Source: an uncultured Bacteroidia bacterium
GTDB lineage: Bacteria; Bacteroidota; Bacteroidia; Bacteroidales; UBA932
DNA: 64,000 bases
Direction of reading: 5' to 3'
Assembly: GCA_902774045.1 (NCBI GenBank)
Contig: CACYGW010000001.1
Coordinates: 64,070-128,069 of the forward strand
How positions within the stretch are numbered: position 1 is the first letter of the stretch; each line of letters begins with the position of its first letter. The translations under genes were made by a program, and so were the position numbers. The notes under the pieces were generated by a model, which searched no databases, was not told the origin of the DNA, and saw only the letters and a list, made by a program, of their open reading frames with translations. Of this stretch, positions 16,983 to 25,420 are shown in pieces.

Positions 16983-18572
16983 ATGACACAGACAAAAGGT
17001 AAACTGAATATCGTTGCGGTTGTAACGATGTGCTTCATCTTTGCGATGATTTCTTTTGTTACCAATATGGCCGCTCCTTTTGGCAATATCTGGAAGGGAC
17101 AGTATGAGTGGGCCGGAATGATGGGTAACATGATGAATTTTGCCGCGTACCTCTTTATGGGTATTCCCGCAGGCAAAATGCTTCTCAAAGTAGGTTACAA
17201 GAAAACCACCCTTATCGCTCTCGCAACGGGATTCGTGGGTATCGTGATCCAGTGGCTTTCCAGCCGTACCTTCTTTGCCGGTTCTGCCATTTACGTATAT
17301 CTGCTTGGTGCGTTCGTATGCGGTTTCTGCGTTTGTATGCTCAATACCGTCGTGAATCCCATGCTTAACATACTTGGCGGCGGCGGTAACAGAGGCAATC
17401 AGTTAATCCAGACCGGCGGTACCCTCAACTCACTTTCGGGGACCCTTACTCCTTTCCTTACCGGTGCTCTTATCGGAACCGTTACCAAGAAGACCTCCAT
17501 GGCGGATGTGGCTCCTCTGCTCTTCATTGCAATGGGCGTATTCTTCCTGGCCTTCGTAATTATCTCCATGCTAAGGATTCCGGAGCCCGCTGCAGAGCGC
17601 AAGAATGTTAAATATGAGCACAGCGCCCTGTCTTTCCGTCATCTTAAGATGGGTGTGGTTGCAATCTTCTTCTATGTAGGTATAGAGATCGGAATTCCTT
17701 CACAGCTTAACTTCTACCTGTCAGACGCAGGCGTAAAGGGTGCCGGAATTCTTGTTAACGGAGCCCTTATAGGCGGTGCCTTCGCAGCAGCCTACTGGTT
17801 CCTTATGATGATAGGACGTTTCCTCAGCACACTTATAAGCGGCAAGGTAAGCACCAAGGCCCAGATGACAACGGTTTCTACAGTTGCCATTCTCTTTGTG
17901 CTCCTGGCCATCTTCATCCCCAAGACAACGGGTCTGGATGCACCCAAGTTCATTTATAATCCGGAGAGCAAGACCGTTGGTATTCTTGTAGATAATGGTA
18001 TGGACGAGTCTGCAGCCAGGGAATATCTTGCAAATCCTACTCCAGAGGCCATAGCACCTTATCTTGCAGACCTTGCAGAGTCATTTGACATTACCGTTGT
18101 AAAGGCTCCTGAGTGCACGGAGGATCAGGCTCCCGTAGAGGAGGCTGCAGAGGAAGTGGTTACAGAAGAAGTTGTTCCCCAGGAAATTGTTCCTGCCCAG
18201 GAAGACAGTAAAGCTAAGGTTTGCGAGAAAGAACTTCCTGCAGTAATTGCACAGAAACTCCAGGATTCACAGCAGACCCCTAAGATTCCTCTCAGCATTA
18301 TCTTCCTTATTCTCTGCGGTCTTTGCACCTCGGTTATGTGGGGAGGTATTTACAATCTTTCCGTAGAGGGTCTTGGAAAATACACAGAGCAGGCTTCCGG
18401 TCTGTTTATGACCATGGTGGTCGGCGGCGGTATCATGCCTCTTATCCAGGACTTCCTTGCAAAGGGTCTTGGCTATATGGCAAGCTACTGGCTTGTAATA
18501 GCTATGATAGCATACATTCTCTTCTTTGCCCTTGCAGGCTCCAAGAATGTAAATAAGGACATTCCCGTTTAG
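16983..18572 (+). CDS. Sugar MFS transporter (FucP/GluP glucose-galactose family) with a large loop insertion
   Basis: 529 aa. About 12 hydrophobic helices can be read. The N-terminal half resembles FucP/GluP-type sugar:H+ symporters. A ROK glucokinase follows 22 nt downstream. Residues ~314-434 are a hydrophilic acidic/Pro-rich insertion between the ninth and tenth helices. Confidence 0.8.
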   Translation: MTQTKGKLNIVAVVTMCFIFAMISFVTNMAAPFGNIWKGQYEWAGMMGNMMNFAAYLFMGIPAGKMLLKVGYKKTTLIALATGFVGIVIQWLSSRTFFAGSAIYVYLLGAFVCGFCVCMLNTVVNPMLNILGGGGNRGNQLIQTGGTLNSLSGTLTPFLTGALIGTVTKKTSMADVAPLLFIAMGVFFLAFVIISMLRIPEPAAERKNVKYEHSALSFRHLKMGVVAIFFYVGIEIGIPSQLNFYLSDAGVKGAGILVNGALIGGAFAAAYWFLMMIGRFLSTLISGKVSTKAQMTTVSTVAILFVLLAIFIPKTTGLDAPKFIYNPESKTVGILVDNGMDESAAREYLANPTPEAIAPYLADLAESFDITVVKAPECTEDQAPVEEAAEEVVTEEVVPQEIVPAQEDSKAKVCEKELPAVIAQKLQDSQQTPKIPLSIIFLILCGLCTSVMWGGIYNLSVEGLGKYTEQASGLFMTMVVGGGIMPLIQDFLAKGLGYMASYWLVIAMIAYILFFALAGSKNVNKDIPV

Positions 18573-18594
18573 TTTCACCTATAATAAGATTCAA

Positions 18595-19584
18595 ATGGAA
18601 AAGAAGAAAATAGCGACTGGTGAGAAGCAGTTTGTAGTAGGCGTAGACGTTGGCGGCCAGACTTCTAAGATTGGTGTGGTAGACGCCCGCGGAGAGGTGC
18701 TTGTTCAGACAGTCATCAGGTCTGACACTTACGGTGCCGACGCAGAGGCTTTCATCTCTGCTCTTGCAAAGGCTATAAAGGCCCTTATCAAAGAGTCCGG
18801 CAAGGAAGGCCAGATTCGCGGAATAGGCGTTGGCGCTCCCAACGGCAACTATTACACTGGAACAATAGACTTTGCTCCCAACCTAGCCTGGGCTGCCAAG
18901 GGTTCCGTTCCTTTTGCCAAACTCTTGTCTGCCGGTCTTGGCGGGCTCCCGGTTTCTCTTACCAATGACGCCAATGCGGCTGCAGTGGGAGAGATGACCT
19001 ACGGTGTTGCAAAGGGTATGAAGAACTTCATAATGATTACCCTCGGAACCGGTGTGGGCAGCGGTATCGTTATCAACGGGCAGGTAGTTTACGGACACGA
19101 CGGCTTTGCCGGCGAGCTTGGCCACACCTGCGCAGTGCGTCATAACGGACGTTCCTGCGGTTGTGGCAGAACCGGTTGCCTGGAGGCTTATTGCTCTGCA
19201 ATTGGCGTTGCAAGGACGGCCCGCGAGTGGCTGGAGGCCAATCCGGAAGAGAAGTCTCTGCTCCGTGAGTGCGAGAACATTACTTCCAAGGATGTTTATG
19301 AGGCTGCAAAAGAGGGCGACGCCCTTGCTCTTCGCGTGTTCAATTACACCGGCAATATGCTGGGCCGTCAGTTCGCAGACTTTGTTGCATTCAGCGCCCC
19401 GGAGGCCATTGTTCTCTTTGGCGGTCTGGCCCGCAGCAAGGAATTCCTTACAGAGCCCATCCAGAAGGGTCTAAACGACAACGTGCTTTCTATCTGGAAG
19501 AACAAGGTCAAGATTCTCTTCTCTCAGCTTAAGGAGAGCGATGCTGCCATTCTTGGCGCCTCTGCCCTTGCGTGGGAACTTTAA
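18595..19584 (+). CDS. ROK-family glucokinase
   Basis: 329 aa. N-terminal ATP-binding VGVDVGGQTSKIGVV, the ROK signature, and the zinc motif HTCAVRHNGRSCGCGRTGCLE. Confidence 0.9.
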   Translation: MEKKKIATGEKQFVVGVDVGGQTSKIGVVDARGEVLVQTVIRSDTYGADAEAFISALAKAIKALIKESGKEGQIRGIGVGAPNGNYYTGTIDFAPNLAWAAKGSVPFAKLLSAGLGGLPVSLTNDANAAAVGEMTYGVAKGMKNFIMITLGTGVGSGIVINGQVVYGHDGFAGELGHTCAVRHNGRSCGCGRTGCLEAYCSAIGVARTAREWLEANPEEKSLLRECENITSKDVYEAAKEGDALALRVFNYTGNMLGRQFADFVAFSAPEAIVLFGGLARSKEFLTEPIQKGLNDNVLSIWKNKVKILFSQLKESDAAILGASALAWEL

Positions 19585-19617
19585 CCGTTGGCGACAAGTA
19601 GTTTTCTATCAATATTT

Positions 19618-19658
19618 TAAAAAAAAGTCCTGCCCCTGGCGTCGGGGTAGGACTTTTT
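19618..19658. terminator. Bidirectional intrinsic terminator between convergent glucokinase and miaA
   Basis: Stem AGTCCTGCCCC (19626-19636) / GGGGTAGGACT (19644-19654) with one G-U pair. It is flanked by an A-run on the left and a T-run on the right. Confidence 0.8.
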
Positions 19659-19681
19659 GTAAATGTCTTATAACGATAGAG

Positions 19682-20542
19682 TCACATCTCACGGAACACT
19701 ACCTCCGGGTCCCGGCGCCACCAAGTAAGCTGCCTTTTGGCGTAATGGCGGGTATTTGTTTTTATATCCTCTGCCGCTTTATTAAGGTCGATGCTGCCGT
19801 CCAGGTATTGGAAAATCTCGCTGTAGCCCACGGTTCTCAGGGCAGGCAGATCTCTGTACTGCGTAAGGGAACGCACTTCTTCTACAAGCCCGGCCTCCAG
19901 CATTGCATCTACCCTTGCAGAAATTCTTTTGGCCATCTCTTCCCGGGGCTTTACAAGGCAGAGCTTTTCTATCTGGAAGTGTCTTACGGACTTTTCCGCC
20001 TTACGGAAAGAAGAAAAGGTGCGGCCGGACAGAAGGCATACCTCAACGGCTCTCACTACCCTTTGTGGATTGGTTATATCTATGGACCGATAGGCCTCGG
20101 GATCCAGCCTTTGCAAATCCATCCTTAGAGATTCGATGCCCTCGTCCTTAAGCCTTCGGGACAGGTCTTTCCGCAGCTGAGGGTCTGCCTTGGGAACATC
20201 CGGCAGCCCGTTGCACAGAGCATCTATGAAAAACCCGGAGCCGCCGCAGGCCACAAGGACCTCGTGCCCGTCGGCAAAAAGTCTGTCCAGAAGCGCCAGG
20301 GCCTCCACCTCGTAGTCTCCAGCGGTATAGGGCCGGGTTACAGTGTGGTCCTGGATAAAATAGTGGCGCACCTCTGCCAGCTCTTCTTGGGAGGGTACGG
20401 CGGTACCTATCGTCATTTCCCTGTAAATCTGCCTGGAATCACAGGAAATAATGGGAGAATCGTATTTTTTTGCAAGTGAAATGCTCCAGGCTGTTTTGCC
20501 TACAGCGGTTGGTCCTGATACTATTATGAGTTTGCGGGACAC
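19682..20542 (-). CDS. miaA: tRNA dimethylallyltransferase
   Basis: 286 aa. N-terminal P-loop IIVSGPTAVGKT followed by SCDSRQIYREMTIGTA, typical of MiaA. Confidence 0.93.
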   Translation of the reverse strand: MSRKLIIVSGPTAVGKTAWSISLAKKYDSPIISCDSRQIYREMTIGTAVPSQEELAEVRHYFIQDHTVTRPYTAGDYEVEALALLDRLFADGHEVLVACGGSGFFIDALCNGLPDVPKADPQLRKDLSRRLKDEGIESLRMDLQRLDPEAYRSIDITNPQRVVRAVEVCLLSGRTFSSFRKAEKSVRHFQIEKLCLVKPREEMAKRISARVDAMLEAGLVEEVRSLTQYRDLPALRTVGYSEIFQYLDGSIDLNKAAEDIKTNTRHYAKRQLTWWRRDPEVVFREM

Positions 20543-20556
20543 GGGCGGGGGCGGGA

Positions 20557-21123
20557 TTAAAGAAGGTCCTCGTCCTCTTCGTAAATCTCCGTAGCCTCAT
20601 CGTCCTCTTCATCGCCATCTTCGGCTCCCTCGTCATCTTCGTCAAAATCATCGTCCTCGTCGGAAGAGGCAGCCTTAAGGTTGCGGAGATGCTTCTGGTC
20701 GTCGGGCAGATCCTCGTAGGCAACGTAGCCGTTCTCGAATTCTGCCGGGACGGGCCCCTTGGTTTCTACAAGCAGAGGGTAGGCGGCGCCGGGGGTGTCC
20801 GGAACCTCGCCTTCAAAGGTTATTATCACGCTTTTGCGGTTGGCTACGTCGTAGAAGTAGATAAAGGAAGCTACTCCCTTGTCGCGGGTTTGCTTCATAG
20901 ATACTGTGTCCACTGCGCCTGCGCCAAGGTCAAAAAGCCCGTAGCGGCATACAAGGGCACCATCGGCATCAAGGGCCTTGAACTGGATTAACTGGTCCTG
21001 AGGGAATTCCAGTTCGCTGCGAAGCCTTTTGTGAAAATCGTACAAGGTAGTGGTAGGCTTCATGTCATAAACTCGTGCAAACCCTTTAAGTCCGGCTAGT
21101 GAAACTCTGTATCTTAATGCCAT
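20557..21123 (-). CDS. Hypothetical protein with a strongly acidic C-terminal tail (possibly a pRiA4b ORF-3-like fold)
   Basis: 188 aa from the ATG at 21123 (MALRYRVSLAGLKGF...). The last ~40 aa are almost entirely D/E (SSDEDDDFDEDDEGAEDGDEEDDEATEIYEEDEDLL). The family assignment is tentative. The longer ORF-track start (21177) would overlap the -7 box at 21175-21182. Confidence 0.6.
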   Translation of the reverse strand: MALRYRVSLAGLKGFARVYDMKPTTTLYDFHKRLRSELEFPQDQLIQFKALDADGALVCRYGLFDLGAGAVDTVSMKQTRDKGVASFIYFYDVANRKSVIITFEGEVPDTPGAAYPLLVETKGPVPAEFENGYVAYEDLPDDQKHLRNLKAASSDEDDDFDEDDEGAEDGDEEDDEATEIYEEDEDLL

Positions 21124-21174
21124 ATTTATGTTAGTTTTCAGGTTAAATGCTTTCCACAGGGGGATTTTGCAGTA

Positions 21175-21182
21175 CAAATATA
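21175..21182 (-). promoter_or_regulatory. Bacteroidota -7 promoter box (TATATTTG on minus strand)
   Basis: The plus strand reads CAAATATA, which is an exact TAnnTTTG on the minus strand, about 50 nt upstream of the ATG at 21123. Confidence 0.45.
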
Positions 21183-21293
21183 ATTTAAAATTTCTCTCAT
21201 AGCATCTATACCGTGCAATTTTTTAAGTAATAACGCCTTCAAAAGGGCAGAAATTGGTTTATTTGCGATAATTGATGTATCTTTAACAGATTT

Positions 21294-21905
21294 ATGGAAG
21301 AGAGCGATAAATATAAGAGTATTGCAGGGCCGGCGCAGGGTCTTTTCAAGGATAACGGCAGCCGCTTCATTGCCTTTGCCTACCCGGTAGAAAGGGTAGA
21401 GGAGGTAAAGCCGCTGGTAGATGCCCTTAAGAAAGAGTATCACGACGCCCGCCATCACTGCTTTGCCTACCGTATCGGGCATACCGGAGCCACCTTCAGG
21501 GCAAATGACGACGGAGAGCCTTCCGGAAGCGCAGGGCGGCCCATCCTGGGGCAGATAGATTCCTTCGGGCTAAGCGATATTCTTATTGTGGTGGTCCGAT
21601 ACTTCGGAGGCATTAAGCTGGGTATCCCCGGGCTTATAAGAGCCTACAAGACATCATCGGCAGACGCCATCGACAACTCTGTCATAATAGAAAAAACGGC
21701 CTGCAGAATGTTTAAAATAGAGTTTGACTATCTTGCTATGAATGCCGTGCAGAAGGTCCTCAAGGATATGGGGCTGCCACAGCAAAACCAGGAGTTCGGC
21801 CAGACCTGCCAGATAGAAACCAGGGTCCCTTTGTCCGGGACCCAGACCTTCCTGGAGAGGTGCTCAAACATAGGCGGCTGCTATGTAAAAGAAATTGTAG
21901 AATAA
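21294..21905 (+). CDS. YigZ / IMPACT-family protein (UPF0029)
   Basis: 203 aa. ARHHCFAYRIG ... DDGEPSGSAGRPIL is the hallmark YigZ/IMPACT N-terminal domain motif. Confidence 0.85.
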   Translation: MEESDKYKSIAGPAQGLFKDNGSRFIAFAYPVERVEEVKPLVDALKKEYHDARHHCFAYRIGHTGATFRANDDGEPSGSAGRPILGQIDSFGLSDILIVVVRYFGGIKLGIPGLIRAYKTSSADAIDNSVIIEKTACRMFKIEFDYLAMNAVQKVLKDMGLPQQNQEFGQTCQIETRVPLSGTQTFLERCSNIGGCYVKEIVE

Positions 21906-21994
21906 TCATTGCTGAATGATTAAAATTATATATATTCGCAGTATTATTTGTAAAAAATTATAACTTAAAATAACCATTTCGCTTTTAAATTGAT

Positions 21995-23068
21995 ATGCAA
22001 AAAGTTCACGTTTTTAATGCAGGCCCTTGCATTTTGCCTCAGGAGGCCATAGACAAAACTATCGAAGCACTGAAGAATTACAAAGACACCGGTATTTCCG
22101 TGCTTTCAATTTCCCATAGGACAAAAGAATGGGAAGAGACTATGAATGAGTGCCGCGCCTTGTGGAAGGAACTCCTTCACATTCCTGATACTCACGAGGT
22201 TGTATTCCTTGGCGGCGGCGCATCTTTGCAGTTCCTCTATGTTGCAATGAACTTTCTTGAGAAGAAGGCTGCATATCTTGACACAGGCGTCTGGGCCCAT
22301 AACGCCCTTGTTCAGGCCCAGGGTATTGGCGATGCTTACGCTATTGCCTGCTCTAAGGATAAGAATTATACCTACATCCCCAAGGGTTACGAGATACCCG
22401 CAGATCTGGACTACTTCCACATCACTACCAATAATACAATCTACGGTACGGAGATCAAGGAAGACTACGACTGCCCTGTTCCCCTTATCGCAGATATGTC
22501 CTCTGACATTATGTCCCGCCCCGTTGACGTAAGCAAGTACGCAATGATTTACGGCGGTGCGCAGAAGAACGTGGGCCCTGCCGGAGTTATTTTTGCAATT
22601 ATCCGCAAGGATGCTCTTGGAAAGGTTTCCCGTTATCTTCCTACCATGCTGGATTACAGGACACACATCACCAAGGAGAGTATGTTCAATACCCCTCCCG
22701 TGTTCGCAATCTACGTAATGACAGAAACTCTGCGCTGGCTAAAGAGCATTGGCGGAGTAGAGGTTATGCAGAAAATCAATCAGGCAAAGGCCGCTCTTCT
22801 ATACAACGAGATAGACCGTAACTCCCTCTTTGTGGGAACTGCCGCCAAGGAGGACCGCTCCCTTATGAATGTATGCTTTGTAATGGCTCCCGGCAAGGAA
22901 GACCTTCAGGATGAGTTTATGGCATTTGCCAAGGCTGCCGGAATGGTGGGCATTAAGGGTCACCGCAGCGTAGGCGGCTTCCGCGCTTCCCTGTACAATG
23001 CCTGCAAGAAGGAAGATGTAGAGGCTCTCGTGGCCTGCATGCAGGAATTTGAAAAACTTCACAAATAG
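21995..23068 (+). CDS. serC: Phosphoserine aminotransferase
   Basis: 357 aa. [10 protein letters not shown]-terminus, GGGASLQF, and the PLP-lysine region [12 protein letters not shown] are typical of SerC. Confidence 0.93.
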   Translation: MQKVHVFNAGPCILPQEAIDKTIEALKNYKDTGISVLSISHRTKEWEETMNECRALWKELLHIPDTHEVVFLGGGASLQFLYVAMNFLEKKAAYLDTGVWAHNALVQAQGIGDAYAIACSKDKNYTYIPKGYEIPADLDYFHITTNNTIYGTEIKEDYDCPVPLIADMSSDIMSRPVDVSKYAMIYGGAQKNVGPAGVIFAIIRKDALGKVSRYLPTMLDYRTHITKESMFNTPPVFAIYVMTETLRWLKSIGGVEVMQKINQAKAALLYNEIDRNSLFVGTAAKEDRSLMNVCFVMAPGKEDLQDEFMAFAKAAGMVGIKGHRSVGGFRASLYNACKKEDVEALVACMQEFEKLHK

Positions 23069-23071
23069 ACC

Positions 23072-23992
23072 ATGAAAGTATTAGTAGCAACCCAGAAGCC
23101 TTTCTCTGCAGCAGCAGTAAAAGGCATCAAAGATATCATAGAGCAGAACGGCCACGAGTGCGTGCTTTTGGAGAAGTACGCAGAGCAGGCAGATTTCGTT
23201 GCCGCAGTGGCAGATGTCAACGCCATTATTATCCGTTCCGACAAAGTTACCGCAGAGGTTCTTGAGGCCGCTAAAAACCTTAAGATTGTGGTAAGGGCCG
23301 GAGCCGGCTTTGACAATGTAGACCTTGAGGCCGCCACCGCACACAACGTAGTGGTAATGAATACTCCCGGCCAGAACTCCAATGCAGTGGCAGAACTTGC
23401 CCTTGGCCTTATGGTATTTATGGCCCGCACGCAGTTTACTCCCGCTACCGGAAGCGAACTTCAGGGCAAGCGCCTTGGCGTTCAGGCCTACGGCAACGTG
23501 GGCCGTCTGGTTGGCCAGAAGGCAAAGGCCCTGGGTATGGAAATATCGGCCCTGGACCCCTTCCTTACAGACGAGCAGATCGTGGCCGGCGGTGCAGACC
23601 CGGTTCATTCCGTAGAAGAGCTTTATGGCGCATCGGACTATCTGTCAATCCATATCCCCGCCCTCCCGGCTACAATCAAGAGCATCGGCTACGACCTTAT
23701 CACCCGTATGCCCAAGGGCGCAACCCTCATTAATACCGCCCGCAAGGAGGTTATTGACGAGGAGGGTCTTTACAAGGCTTTGGAAGAAAGACAGGATCTT
23801 AAGTATGTGTCGGACGTTATGCCCGACAACTACGATGTTCTGCGGGAAAAATTCGGCTTAAGGGTGTTCGCTACTCCCAAGAAGATGGGTGCCCAGACTG
23901 CAGAGGCCAATATGAATGCCGGCCTTGCCGCAGCACGCCAGATTTGCGATTTCTTTGCCACAGGCAATACCCGTTTCCAGGTTAATAAATAA
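23072..23992 (+). CDS. serA: D-3-phosphoglycerate dehydrogenase (short D-2-hydroxyacid dehydrogenase type)
   Basis: 306 aa. NAD-binding GVQAYGNVGRLVG and the AGAGFDNVD motif. It starts 3 nt after serC. Confidence 0.88.
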   Translation: MKVLVATQKPFSAAAVKGIKDIIEQNGHECVLLEKYAEQADFVAAVADVNAIIIRSDKVTAEVLEAAKNLKIVVRAGAGFDNVDLEAATAHNVVVMNTPGQNSNAVAELALGLMVFMARTQFTPATGSELQGKRLGVQAYGNVGRLVGQKAKALGMEISALDPFLTDEQIVAGGADPVHSVEELYGASDYLSIHIPALPATIKSIGYDLITRMPKGATLINTARKEVIDEEGLYKALEERQDLKYVSDVMPDNYDVLREKFGLRVFATPKKMGAQTAEANMNAGLAAARQICDFFATGNTRFQVNK

Positions 23993-23998
23993 GAAGAT

Positions 23999-25240
23999 AT
24001 GGTAAGAGTAAAACCCTTCGCAGCCGTACGTCCTCCCAGAAATCTTGTTACAGAGGTGGCTGCCCCGCCGTACGATGTTCTTAACTCCGTAGAGGCCAAG
24101 GCTATGGCAACGGAGAAGTCTCTTCTTCACATTACCAAGCCGGAGATTGACTTTGACCCCATTGCCGATGAGCATTCCCAGCCTGTTTACGACAAGGCTG
24201 TAGAGAACTTCAAACTCTGGAAGCAGAGGGGCTGGCTGGTGCAGGACGAAAAGGAAAAATACTATGTCTATGCCCAGACTATGGACGGCCGCACCCAGTA
24301 CGGAATAGTGCTTTGCGCCCATACGGACGACTATGCCACCGGCAAGATTAAAAAGCACGAACTTACCCGCAAGGATAAAGAAGATGACAGGATGGTTCAC
24401 GTCCGCATCCAGAATGCCAACATAGAGCCGGTATTCTTTGCCTTCAAGGACAATGCAGAACTCAATGCCATTGTAGAGGCAAAGATCAAGGAAGAACCCG
24501 AGTATAAATTTACCGACGAGAACAATTTTACCCATACTTTCTGGGTGATAGATTCCGGCAGGGACATAGAGCGCATCACAGGTATATTTACCAATGACAT
24601 AGATGCTTTCTATGTGGCCGATGGTCACCACAGAACTGCCGCTGCCGCCCGAGTGGGTGCAGAGAAGAGGGCTCAGAATCCCAATCATACCGGGAACGAG
24701 GAGTACAATTTCTTCATGGCAGTATGCTTCCCGGAGAGCCAGCTCAAGATTATAGATTACAACAGGGTCGTAAAAGATTTGAACGGTCTGTCCAAGGAGG
24801 AATTCCTTGAGGCTCTGAGTAAGGATTTCACCCTGGACGCAGAGAGCAAGGAGATTCTTAAGCCTTGCGGCCTGCATAATTTCTCCATGTATCTTGACGG
24901 CAAATGGTACAGCCTTACGGCAAAGAAAGGCACCTATAACGACAGTGACCCCATAGGGGTTCTGGACGTTACCGTGCTGTCCGGTCTTGTACTTGACAAG
25001 ATTCTTGGAATCAAGGATTTACGTACAGACAAGAGGATAGATTTCGTTGGCGGTATCCGTGGGCTCGGAGAGCTTTCCCGCAGAGTGGACAGCGGAGAGA
25101 TGAAGGTAGCTTTTGCGCTTTATCCCGTGTCCATGGAGCAGCTTATGAATATTGCCGACAGCGGCAATATCATGCCTCCCAAGACTACCTGGTTCGAGCC
25201 TAAACTCCGCAGCGGCCTTGCTATTCATTTACTGGCATAG
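23999..25240 (+). CDS. DUF1015-family protein
   Basis: 413 aa. The N-terminal VKPFAAVRPPRNLVTEVAAPPYDV and the ADGHHR motif match my memory of DUF1015 (COG4198). It starts 6 nt after serA. Confidence 0.75.
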   Translation: MVRVKPFAAVRPPRNLVTEVAAPPYDVLNSVEAKAMATEKSLLHITKPEIDFDPIADEHSQPVYDKAVENFKLWKQRGWLVQDEKEKYYVYAQTMDGRTQYGIVLCAHTDDYATGKIKKHELTRKDKEDDRMVHVRIQNANIEPVFFAFKDNAELNAIVEAKIKEEPEYKFTDENNFTHTFWVIDSGRDIERITGIFTNDIDAFYVADGHHRTAAAARVGAEKRAQNPNHTGNEEYNFFMAVCFPESQLKIIDYNRVVKDLNGLSKEEFLEALSKDFTLDAESKEILKPCGLHNFSMYLDGKWYSLTAKKGTYNDSDPIGVLDVTVLSGLVLDKILGIKDLRTDKRIDFVGGIRGLGELSRRVDSGEMKVAFALYPVSMEQLMNIADSGNIMPPKTTWFEPKLRSGLAIHLLA

Positions 25241-25297
25241 ATTTACCGCCTGTAAATAAAAATTTGCAAAAAAATCGGTAAACATCAGTCTTCAGCT

Positions 25298-25340
25298 ACG
25301 ACGTATATGTATGCGCGCATACGTGTACGTCGTTTTGTTT
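25298..25340 (+). terminator. Long hairpin plus T-tract downstream of the serC-serA-DUF1015 operon
   Basis: ACGACGTATATGTATGCGC / GCGCATACGTGTACGTCGT pairs over ~17 bp including two G-U pairs (25298-25333). It is followed by TTTGTTTTG. Confidence 0.7.
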
Positions 25341-25420
25341 TGTGCTTACATCTGCGCGCTTTTTGGAAACTACATATTTAAACCAACATACAAAACTTTA
25401 ATAATCAATTTACTTTCGTT

